DNA of 64,000 nucleotides, taken from contig CAWGAA010000001.1 of assembly GCA_963820525.1 (NCBI GenBank), positions 608,001 through 672,000 on the forward strand, in the 5' to 3' direction. This DNA comes from an uncultured Spirochaetota bacterium. GTDB taxonomy: Bacteria > Spirochaetota > Spirochaetia > SZUA-6 > Fen-1364. Shown here piece by piece: positions 49,262 to 57,702 of the stretch. The notes beneath the pieces were generated by a model. That model was not told where the DNA came from, searched no databases, and saw only the letters and a program-made list of their open reading frames with translations. The position numbers and the translations under genes are program-made. The first letter of the stretch is position 1. Every line of letters starts with the position of its first letter.

Positions 49262-50215
49262 GTGAAAAGAGTGCGCGAGTGGGCCGATCGGATCCGGGAA
49301 TCGACCGAGAGGGCCTTCTTCGGCAAGGGCGACGTGGTTGAAAAGCTGCTCATCGCCCTGCTGTGTCGCGGACACGTCCTGATCGAAGACGTGCCCGGCG
49401 TCGGAAAAACGATTGCAGCCCGGGCGATCGGCCAGAGCCTCGGCGGGAGCTTCAAGCGAATCCAGTGCACCCCCGACCTTCTGCCCGCTGACGTGCTGGG
49501 CGTCTCCGTCTACAGCCCCAAGACAGGCGAGTTCAGCTTCCGGGAAGGGCCCATCCTCTCCAACGTTCTGCTCGTCGACGAGATAAACCGGGCAACCCCC
49601 CGGACCCAGTCGGCGCTCCTGGAGGCGATGGCGGAGAATCAGATCAGCATCGACGGCAGGAGAATTCCCCTCCCGTCGCCCTTCTTCCTCATGGCCACTG
49701 AAAACCCGATCGAGTTCGAGGGGACGTTCCCACTCCCGGAGGCGCAGAAGGACCGGTTCCTCCTGGCCCTTGAGATCGGATATCCCGACAGGCGCTCCGA
49801 AGAGGAGATCCTGGAAAGCCAGCGCAGGATAACCCATCCCGTTTCGGACATCGATGCGGTCACGGACCTCGCGAGCGTGAGCGAGATGCAGGAAGCCGTG
49901 GTCGAGGTTCACGTGAGCGCGGCGGTGCGCGGCTATATCCTGGACATCTCCGAGGCCACGCGGCGGGAGCCGCGCCTGAAGCTGGGCCTCTCCCCCCGGG
50001 GCTCGCTCGCCTTATACAAGGGCGCCCAGGCGCTGGCCGCGATCCGCGGCCGCGATTACGTCGTGCCCGAGGACGTCAAGGAGCTGCTCTTGCCCGCCTG
50101 CATCAAGCGGATCATCGTCCGCCCCGAGTACGCCGTGAAGGGGATCGCCCCTGCCGATGTCCTGCGGGGGATCGCCGAGAGCGTGGAAGTGCCCCTGGTC
50201 AGAGCCGGATCGTGA
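49262..50215 (+). CDS. MoxR-family AAA+ ATPase
   Basis: LIEDVPGVGKT, RIQCTPDLLPAD, DEINRATPRTQSALLEAM, GTFPLPEAQKDRF. Confidence 0.95.
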   Translation: MKRVREWADRIRESTERAFFGKGDVVEKLLIALLCRGHVLIEDVPGVGKTIAARAIGQSLGGSFKRIQCTPDLLPADVLGVSVYSPKTGEFSFREGPILSNVLLVDEINRATPRTQSALLEAMAENQISIDGRRIPLPSPFFLMATENPIEFEGTFPLPEAQKDRFLLALEIGYPDRRSEEEILESQRRITHPVSDIDAVTDLASVSEMQEAVVEVHVSAAVRGYILDISEATRREPRLKLGLSPRGSLALYKGAQALAAIRGRDYVVPEDVKELLLPACIKRIIVRPEYAVKGIAPADVLRGIAESVEVPLVRAGS

Positions 50216-51381
50216 GAGCGTTTAAGGCGATCTTCTCTCTCTTTCTCGTCGCTGTCCTGTTGTTCCTGCCCTATCGGATCCTGCAGTTCATCGCGCTCTT
50301 GTACCTGTTCACGGTCGCCGCCTCCTTCGCCTACTCCCGCATAACGGCGGGGGCGATCCGCGTGAGACGCCGCGATCCCGTGCTGCGTGCGCACAGGTTC
50401 GAGCCCATTGAAATCGTCCTCTCCATTGAGAATACCCGGCTCCTCCCCCTGCCCTACATTACCGCGATCGACCTGCGCGGCCCCCTCTTCTCCAAGGATT
50501 CGGGCAAGTTCGTCCTGCGCCTCCGCTCCCGGGAGAGGAAGCGGCTCGCGTATCGCATCGAAAGCCAGAGCAGGGGCGAGTATCCCATCGGGCCCGTCGT
50601 GGTCGTGGGCTCCGATCCCCTGGGCCTGTTCCCCTGGAGCCGCCGGGTTTCCGAAAAGGGACGCCTGATCATCTACCCCGAGGTTCTTCCCATCTCGCGC
50701 AGGTCGGCGAGAGGATTGCCCGCGGGCAGCCTCCCCATCAACTCGCGGATCTACGAGGATGTCACCCGCTACCGCTCCCTCCGCGAGTACGTGCCGGGAG
50801 ACGACGCGCGGCGTATCAGCTGGAAGGTCTCCGCGCGGACGGGACGGCTGCACTCGATGGAGTACCTGCCCGCCCTCTTCTCCCCCGTTCTGATACTGCT
50901 GAACATGAACGCCGAGGAGTTCCCCCTGCGGTTCCGCTCCCACTGGGTGGAGCGCTCCACCGTCACGGCCGCTTCTCTGGTCATGTATTTCATTTCGCTG
51001 AAGCAGGAGGTGGGCCTCGTCTCTTCGGGGCGGCTTTCACGGGGAGAGGCGGCGCCCATGGCGCGCATGAGCTCGGCTCCCGGTCACGCCACGGCGATCA
51101 TGGAGATCCTGGCGTGCATGGAGCCGTCCAGCCTCTCCATGGATTTCACCTCCCTGCTGGCCGCCTCGGGGCTCGACATCCCCGTCGGCACCCGCATCGA
51201 GGTCATCACTCCGCGGGTCACCCAGGAGCAGGGCGCGCTCCTGCGGGAGTCCCGGCGGAAGGGATGGCAGATCGAGCTCTTCCTTATCGGGGGGGAGCTT
51301 TTCGAGGGCAGGGAGCGGCTCTCCCGGGAGTTCCCGGTCTTCGGCGTCACGGATTACGGCAATGAGCTCATCGCTGGCTAG
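50212..51381 (+). CDS. DUF58-domain protein
   Basis: RGEYPIGP, DPLGLF, LREYVPGDDARRISWKVSARTG; GTGA overlap with MoxR. Confidence 0.9.
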   Translation: MRAFKAIFSLFLVAVLLFLPYRILQFIALLYLFTVAASFAYSRITAGAIRVRRRDPVLRAHRFEPIEIVLSIENTRLLPLPYITAIDLRGPLFSKDSGKFVLRLRSRERKRLAYRIESQSRGEYPIGPVVVVGSDPLGLFPWSRRVSEKGRLIIYPEVLPISRRSARGLPAGSLPINSRIYEDVTRYRSLREYVPGDDARRISWKVSARTGRLHSMEYLPALFSPVLILLNMNAEEFPLRFRSHWVERSTVTAASLVMYFISLKQEVGLVSSGRLSRGEAAPMARMSSAPGHATAIMEILACMEPSSLSMDFTSLLAASGLDIPVGTRIEVITPRVTQEQGALLRESRRKGWQIELFLIGGELFEGRERLSREFPVFGVTDYGNELIAG

Positions 51382-52891
51382 AGCCTACGTGAATCGGCAG
51401 CGGTCCTTCGTCCACCCCCTGCTCGCCATCACGATGCCCTTCTTCTTCACCCTCTGCCTGGATGCGGCGGTCCGGGTCGTCATTCCTTCCTTCGGTTTCC
51501 CCCAGGCCGTATTCCTCGCCGTCCTCCTCCTGGTCAGCGTCGAGGTGACCGTGGTCGGCAACATCCTCTTCGACGAGAGGGCGAGCTTCCTCGCGCGTCT
51601 TCGCGAGCTCATCGTGATCATGGCCGCGATGTACGTAGCCCTCTCCCTCACCGCCAGCATCAGGGCGCGAGCGTATGTGCCGGCGGACGTGACCTTCATC
51701 TACCCCCTGGTCCTGGTGTTCTTCCAATGGAATTTCGTCGTCACGGTGCACATGCAGCTTCGGGATCGGGAGATCCTCCTCGCCGTCCTCGCCTCCAAGG
51801 AGGGCGAGGCGATGCTCCACTCCCTTCGCGACGCCTCCCTACAGGCGAGCGCGGCCCTGCGTTCGCTCCGCAGGGCATCCTCCCTGGCCGCGTTCTTCCA
51901 GGCGGCGGTCTTCTTCGTTCTCGCCATCTGCCTTCTGTTGCGGGTCACGATTCCGCCGTGGGCCCTGATCGCCTGCGCCCTTCATGCGGCGTACGGCCTG
52001 CTTGTGCGGGGGATTCTCAACACCTTCGCCCATGACCAGGTTCTCCTGGGAGAGGGCGTGGTGGTGCCGGGGAGGCTCGAGGCTGCTCGTCTGTGGGCTG
52101 CGCTCGCCCTGGTGGCTATCGGGCTTCCGCTTGCCGTGCTGGGCTCCCGCAACGCCTCGCCCCTGCCCCTCTCGATAATCCTTGCTTTCTTCTCATGGCT
52201 CGCGGGGCTCTTGCCTTCCCATTACGCTCCGGACATGGTCGATCGGATCCAGAAGATGATTGAGTCGCGCCTGGCCTTCGAGCGGCAGATGCTCGCATCT
52301 GCTCCGCCCCCTCCCATAAATCCGTCCGTCTTCCTCCTGCTGGAGGCTCTCCGCCGGCTCTTCGTCACCGTGGTGGGGGCCGCGGTCTACTTCTTTCTCG
52401 TCTCCCCCCTCCTGTCGGAGGAGTTCTTCGACAGCCTCAAGAAGCGCAGTCTCATCGCATTTCTATCGAAAAAGCTTTCAGCGCTCCTGCACTTCTTCAC
52501 CCGCGCCGCCCGACGGCTCATGAGATGGCTGCGGCGGGCGGGACGCCCCATGGCTGCAATCGATGAGCCCGCGGGCAAGAGCACCGGATACAGGGGGCCT
52601 CCCGCGGCGGCGGCGAAAGCTTCGCTTCGAAAGCGCCTTCAGGTAAGCCGGATCTTGAGGGCATTCCTCCTCTTGCTGCGGTGGGGGGGGGGCCGCGGGG
52701 TGGCATACCAATCCTCTGAGACCCCGCTAGAGTACTCTCATCGGCTGCGCGAGGTGGTTCCGCTGAGGCAGCGTGAGCTTTCCCTCATTGTCGAGGTGCT
52801 CGAGGAGGCGCTTTTCTCTTCGCACCTTCTCGCCAGGAAACGCGTTGCCGGGTACTTCCTGGCCATCCGCGAAGTGAGGGCCTCGGTCTGA
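51362..52891 (+). CDS. Polytopic membrane protein with C-terminal DUF4129-like domain
   Basis: Many TMs; SETPLEYSHRL...ALFS motif; third gene of the MoxR-DUF58 operon. Confidence 0.75.
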   Translation: MSSSLARAYVNRQRSFVHPLLAITMPFFFTLCLDAAVRVVIPSFGFPQAVFLAVLLLVSVEVTVVGNILFDERASFLARLRELIVIMAAMYVALSLTASIRARAYVPADVTFIYPLVLVFFQWNFVVTVHMQLRDREILLAVLASKEGEAMLHSLRDASLQASAALRSLRRASSLAAFFQAAVFFVLAICLLLRVTIPPWALIACALHAAYGLLVRGILNTFAHDQVLLGEGVVVPGRLEAARLWAALALVAIGLPLAVLGSRNASPLPLSIILAFFSWLAGLLPSHYAPDMVDRIQKMIESRLAFERQMLASAPPPPINPSVFLLLEALRRLFVTVVGAAVYFFLVSPLLSEEFFDSLKKRSLIAFLSKKLSALLHFFTRAARRLMRWLRRAGRPMAAIDEPAGKSTGYRGPPAAAAKASLRKRLQVSRILRAFLLLLRWGGGRGVAYQSSETPLEYSHRLREVVPLRQRELSLIVEVLEEALFSSHLLARKRVAGYFLAIREVRASV

Positions 52892-52914
52892 GAGAGAAAT
52901 CCCTTGCCTATCTC

Positions 52915-53079
52915 CTATCGCCGCCCCATCCCCGGATGCTTCGGCGCGATGCGGAACTGGGCTTCGCGCCGCAGGATATCCCTGCCTCCCAGGGGCTGGT
53001 TCTTCGGCATTCTTGATTTTTCCTGATTCTCCATCCTCTTCTTGTCGGAGTCCTTGCCGAACTTCCAAGGCTTGTTCAT
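52915..53079 (-). CDS. Small basic hypothetical protein (54 aa)
   Basis: GAAGGAGG SD 8 nt before ATG 53079; promoter TTGATT-17-TAAATT with extended TG (53153-53125). Confidence 0.68.
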   Translation of the reverse strand: MNKPWKFGKDSDKKRMENQEKSRMPKNQPLGGRDILRREAQFRIAPKHPGMGRR

Positions 53080-53307
53080 GGAGTGCGCCTCCTTCACGCG
53101 GATGGCTTGATGCTCTTCAGAATGAATTTAGCACTCTGCTGCGCCGGAATCAAATAGGCGCTCCCCGCAAGCAAAGCCTGCATTTTCCCATCCGCGGCCG
53201 CGCTAGTATGTTATACAGCGAAACCACCGGCCCCGCAGGGCACGGGGCGCCTTTCGCCTTCCTTGGCTTCGGCGCCTTCAGCCCTCCCTGGCAAGAGGGT
53301 AGATGCA

Positions 53308-54732
53308 ATGGAGCGATTTCGCAAATCCCTTTCGATCTTCTTCCTCGTCCTCTACATCCTGCTCACTCCGCTCATCATCCTCTACAGCCTTGGATACATC
53401 ATCGAGCCGTCGTCTCCCGCCTCCAAGCAGCAGATCGTGAAGACCGGCGGAATCTTTCTCTTGAGCACGCCCACGGGAGCGAAGGTCTCCCTCAATGGGA
53501 CCGCCTACCAGGGAAAAACCCCGCTCTCCATCCTCAACCTTAATCCCGGCTCCTACACGATAGATATCGACATGCCGGGCTTCCTGCAGTGGAGCCGGAA
53601 GGTTGTCGTCAAGGCCGGGGAGGTCGTCTCTCCCGACGATATCCTTCTGGTCCCGAAGCAGTGGAAGGCGAAGGAGATCCTCCCCCAGGCCTTCTCCAAC
53701 CTCATTCCCGCTCCCGGCGCCCCGTTCTTGATCTTCCAGCAGGGCAGGAGGCTTGATGGGCTGTATATCTTCAACGAGCAGAACGGCGCTCTGATTCCGG
53801 TCGTGGACCCGGAATCGCAGCTTGGCGGCGCACGGGTCGACGCGAGACTCATGGCGCCCGCCAGCAAAGCCCTGGTCCTTGAAGTCTCCATCAGGGGACA
53901 CCGGATGACGCTCCTGGCGAGGGTCCGTCTTCCCAACGTGACTATCGAAGATGTCACGAGCCTCTTCGGGGAAGACCCCATCGAGCGGGTGGAGTGGAGC
54001 GGAGACGACCCCGAGGACTTCTTCCCCCTGCACAGCGGCAGCGTGGATTGGGTCCACCTTCCCTCCTCCACGGTGCTCCGCGGTTTCCTCCACGGCGTGC
54101 GCGGCCTCGGCCTCTCGGGCAATGACCTGTACGTTCTGAACGGCGTCAAGGGCCTGTTCCGCCTCGACTACGCCACGGGTAGCCAGGAAGCGCTTCCCGC
54201 AGTCTGGGAAGGAGTAGAGCCGCTGTTCCAGAACAGCTTCGTGCGCATCCTTTCGCCCTCGCCCGGCCTTCTCATCTTCCGCGACGACAAGGGCTCATTT
54301 GCCGCCACCCTCCGCGATCTCGCCTACAATGGCCTGAACATCCGCGGCTTCTCCATCGACCCGGTGGCGGGAAAGATCCTCCTCTGGCAGAGGGGACGGC
54401 TCGGCGTGCTGGACTACGGCTCCAATCCCCCTGCCTTCATCCCCGAGTGGGCGCCCGTTCGCGGCGCCGATATCCAGCAGGCGTTCTTCGCCTTCGGCGA
54501 CACCCACGCCCTGTACCGTGACGGAAACTCGGTATTCCTGACCGGCCTGCGTGAAGGTGGGCGCACGTTCAGGATCGTCACGGTCCTTAGGGGGACCTCG
54601 ATCTCGTACTCCAATCGGCGGGGCATCCTGTATTACATAGACGCCGCCGCGGGGAGGCCCTCCTTCATCGTCGTGGTTCCCCGGGAGCCGGCCCTGGAAG
54701 AGCTTCTGCAGAGCCTTCCGGGAAGAGGGTAG
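53308..54732 (+). CDS. Membrane-anchored PEGA-domain protein with beta-rich C-terminal region
   Basis: N-terminal TM, then KTGGIFLLSTPTGAKVSLNG...KTP...LNPGSYTIDIDMPGF (PEGA); start ATG 53308. Confidence 0.82.
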   Translation: MERFRKSLSIFFLVLYILLTPLIILYSLGYIIEPSSPASKQQIVKTGGIFLLSTPTGAKVSLNGTAYQGKTPLSILNLNPGSYTIDIDMPGFLQWSRKVVVKAGEVVSPDDILLVPKQWKAKEILPQAFSNLIPAPGAPFLIFQQGRRLDGLYIFNEQNGALIPVVDPESQLGGARVDARLMAPASKALVLEVSIRGHRMTLLARVRLPNVTIEDVTSLFGEDPIERVEWSGDDPEDFFPLHSGSVDWVHLPSSTVLRGFLHGVRGLGLSGNDLYVLNGVKGLFRLDYATGSQEALPAVWEGVEPLFQNSFVRILSPSPGLLIFRDDKGSFAATLRDLAYNGLNIRGFSIDPVAGKILLWQRGRLGVLDYGSNPPAFIPEWAPVRGADIQQAFFAFGDTHALYRDGNSVFLTGLREGGRTFRIVTVLRGTSISYSNRRGILYYIDAAAGRPSFIVVVPREPALEELLQSLPGRG

Positions 54733-54734
54733 GC

Positions 54735-56408
54735 ATGGAACAGCTCGTATTCTCGCGAAAGATGTCCCGGGGAAAAGTGAGGGCGATCCAGCGCTTCTTC
54801 GAGATCTTGCCGGGCGCGGTGAGCTGGTCGATCATCATCGGCATGTTCGTGCTCCTTGCGCTGGACCCGGTCATCGCCGCGCTCATCGTCATCGCCTTCG
54901 TTTTCTCCTGGTTCCTGCGCCTGCTCCACGGAAACATCCTGCTGCTCCTCTCCTTCATTCGGCTGTACGCGGAGAAGAACACGGATTGGATGGAGCGGAT
55001 TCGCAGGCTCTCCGACCTCGAGGGTTACATCGCAGAAATGGAGGGGGACGTGCGGCGCATGACTTTCCGCCAGAGGCTTTCCTTGCGCAACCATTTGAAA
55101 GACCTGCGCACGCTCGCCTCCAGCGGCTCGCCGCCGCCGCGCTGGAGCGACGTCTACCACCTCGTGATCTTCCCCGTGGCCAGGGAGAGGCGCATGATCT
55201 TCGAGCCGGGGGTTGCGAGCATCGCCGCCGGTCAATTTCCGGCAAAGAAGATCCTCATGGTCCTCGCCGTGGAGGAGAGGGCACCGGACGTCGTGAAGGA
55301 GGAAGCGCGCGCCGTTGTCGAGAAATACCGGGGTTCCTTCCTCGATTTCCTGCTCTTCATCCATCCCGACGGCATCCCGAACGAAGCCCGCGTGAAGGGG
55401 GCCAACATCACCTATGCCGCCAGTAAAGCGGCCGCGTTTTTCGATTCGATGGGCATCCCCTACGAGAACGTGATCGCCTCCTGCTTCGACGCGGACACGG
55501 TGAGCAGCCCCGAGTATTTCGCCTGCCTGACGTACCATTTCCTCATCTGCCCCAAGAGGACCCGCGCCAGCTTCCAGCCCATCCCCGTGTACTGGAACAA
55601 CTACTGGGAGGCCACAGGGTTCTCCCGCGTGCTGGACATGTTCTCCTCGCTCGCGATGATGAGGGAGCTGACCTATCCCGCCAAGCTCACCACGTTCTCG
55701 AGCCACAGCTTGAGCTTCAAGGCCCTCGCCGACGTGGACTACTGGCCCGTGGACGTCATCTCTGACGATACGGCCATATTCTGGAAGGCCCTGATCCAGT
55801 TCAAGGGAGACTACCGGGTCGTGCCCATGTATACGACCGTTTCCATGGACCTGAACCAGGCCGAGACCTGGTGGAAAACGGTCGTCAACGTGTACAAGCA
55901 GAGGCGGCGATGGGCCTACGGGGCGGAGCTCATTCCCATCGTGATCACCGAGTTCCTCTTGAGGAAGGATATTCCCCTCGGAGTGCGGCTGGTCTTCGGC
56001 TACCGGCTGATCCAGATGCATGTATCCTGGGCCACGTGGCCGTTCCTGCTCTCCCTGATGAGCTGGCTTCCCGCCATCCTGATCGCGCTCACCCATTCGC
56101 ACTCGGTGGTCCGCTACAGCGAGCCGAGGATCCTGAGCGTCATGTACCAGCTGTCGTACCTGGGCTTCGGTCTGTACGTGGTCCTCACCTGGATCTTCCA
56201 ACCCAGGGAGAAGGGCAGGCTCCGTATCCTCAAGCGGCTGCGGCACGCGCTGGAATGGCTCCTGGTCCCCCTCTTCAGCATTGCCTTCGGCGGCATACCG
56301 GCCCTCGACGCCCAGACCCGGCTTCTCCTGGGCCAGTACATGCAGTTCTGGGTGACGATCAAGGAACGAAAGGGTGAGGAGGCGCCGACGGGTGCCGGCT
56401 CCGCGTAA
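54735..56408 (+). CDS. Processive GT2-family glycosyltransferase (membrane polysaccharide-synthase type)
   Basis: KGAN, DADT (DxD), SDD and QRRRW (QxxRW) motifs; N- and C-terminal TMs. Confidence 0.88.
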   Translation: MEQLVFSRKMSRGKVRAIQRFFEILPGAVSWSIIIGMFVLLALDPVIAALIVIAFVFSWFLRLLHGNILLLLSFIRLYAEKNTDWMERIRRLSDLEGYIAEMEGDVRRMTFRQRLSLRNHLKDLRTLASSGSPPPRWSDVYHLVIFPVARERRMIFEPGVASIAAGQFPAKKILMVLAVEERAPDVVKEEARAVVEKYRGSFLDFLLFIHPDGIPNEARVKGANITYAASKAAAFFDSMGIPYENVIASCFDADTVSSPEYFACLTYHFLICPKRTRASFQPIPVYWNNYWEATGFSRVLDMFSSLAMMRELTYPAKLTTFSSHSLSFKALADVDYWPVDVISDDTAIFWKALIQFKGDYRVVPMYTTVSMDLNQAETWWKTVVNVYKQRRRWAYGAELIPIVITEFLLRKDIPLGVRLVFGYRLIQMHVSWATWPFLLSLMSWLPAILIALTHSHSVVRYSEPRILSVMYQLSYLGFGLYVVLTWIFQPREKGRLRILKRLRHALEWLLVPLFSIAFGGIPALDAQTRLLLGQYMQFWVTIKERKGEEAPTGAGSA

Positions 56409-56522
56409 TACCGTCCGGCAGGCGCCGGTTCCGTGTAATCGTCCGGCGCGGCTCAACGAAGTCGGGCGCCGGGCAGGCAGAGCTCGGCGGTCGAGCAGCC
56501 ATCCGATCTCAGGCCCTCCGTA

Positions 56523-57644
56523 TCAGCTCTTTCCGCCGGGAAGCTTGATGTTGGCCCAGAGGGAGGGCGCCCCCGCATTGTCCCTGGTGACACGAACAGC
56601 GGCGGTCTGGAACCACAGGTGTCCCGACGGTCCCGTAACCACCTCCGCGGGCGCCCAGGTTGAGTTGTCGGCCCAGATCAGCGCCCCGGCATGCCGGACT
56701 GCCGTGTTCATGCTGAGGTCCCTGGCGTTGACGATGTCACCCGCCTTGGGAAGCCCCGCTTCGCCCATTTTCAGATACTGCACGCAGTAGTAGGCGGCGA
56801 TCGCGATGGTGAATGCCGGGTCCTGATCGAGCGCCTCCCGGATGTCGCCGGACTTGACCAGCGAGAGGACTTCGGGGGTTGCGTCGATCGCGGCCGTGTA
56901 CACGGCTCGGGAGTCGATTCCAAGGTCTTTCATGGCCTCCACGGCGCCCACGGCCATGGGCCCATTGGCGCAATAGCAGGCGTCGATGTCGGGGCTCGCG
57001 CGAAGCACGTTCAAGGAAGCGGCCCTCGCCGCAGCTTCCTGGAAGTCGCCGATCGCCTGGATCACCTTCACGTCGGAGTACCGGTCCAGAACGTCGTGAA
57101 ACCCCTTGCTTCGTTCGATTGCGGAGGCACTCCCGATGGGCCCCAGCATCTCCAGGACCGTCCCCTGGACCCGGCCGTCGTATTTGTTTTTCAGATAGTC
57201 CGCCATGCGCTGGGCGAGCTCCGATCCCGCCTTTTCGTCGGAAAATCCCACGTACATCTTCACGTCCGGCGAATCGATGTCGCCGTACGCCGTGAAAATT
57301 GGAACAGCCGCGCCTTTCGCGAAGTCGACGATCGGCCTGGCCGCCTCCGGATCCTGGGCGGCGACGATGAGCCCATCGATCCCCTGGTCGATCATGAGCC
57401 TGCACTGGGTGATCTGGGCCGCGGGATCGCCCTGGGCGTCATAGGCGATCTCCTTCCACCCGTTGTCCCTGCAGAACCACTGGAAGCTCTGCTGGAAAAA
57501 AGACTCCCAATCGCTGGTCACGGTCCTTGTGTCGAGCCCCAGGAAAATCTGTTTTCCCTGCGCCGCTTTCTCCTTCTGCCCTCCCGGGAAGGCCAGCATC
57601 GCGGCCGCAAGGAAGACCGAGAGCGAGAGAAGGGCTCTCTTCAT
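56523..57644 (-). CDS. Sugar ABC transporter substrate-binding protein (RbsB-like)
   Basis: Spirochaete-type signal ...LAFPGGQKE, DAQGDPAAQI, ERSKGF, ANGPMAVG, IDAT; start ATG 57644 after GGAGG. Confidence 0.88.
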   Translation of the reverse strand: MKRALLSLSVFLAAAMLAFPGGQKEKAAQGKQIFLGLDTRTVTSDWESFFQQSFQWFCRDNGWKEIAYDAQGDPAAQITQCRLMIDQGIDGLIVAAQDPEAARPIVDFAKGAAVPIFTAYGDIDSPDVKMYVGFSDEKAGSELAQRMADYLKNKYDGRVQGTVLEMLGPIGSASAIERSKGFHDVLDRYSDVKVIQAIGDFQEAAARAASLNVLRASPDIDACYCANGPMAVGAVEAMKDLGIDSRAVYTAAIDATPEVLSLVKSGDIREALDQDPAFTIAIAAYYCVQYLKMGEAGLPKAGDIVNARDLSMNTAVRHAGALIWADNSTWAPAEVVTGPSGHLWFQTAAVRVTRDNAGAPSLWANIKLPGGKS

Positions 57645-57702
57645 GTTCCTACCTCCCGGCGAAATGAGGAATGCCGGCCGCTCGGCGTGCGGCCGATCGG
57701 CC

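Noticed and set aside
56394..56449. About 30-bp imperfect tandem duplication across the GT2 stop codon
   Set aside because: Only two degenerate copies with no spacer; looks like a local duplication, not a CRISPR or functional array.
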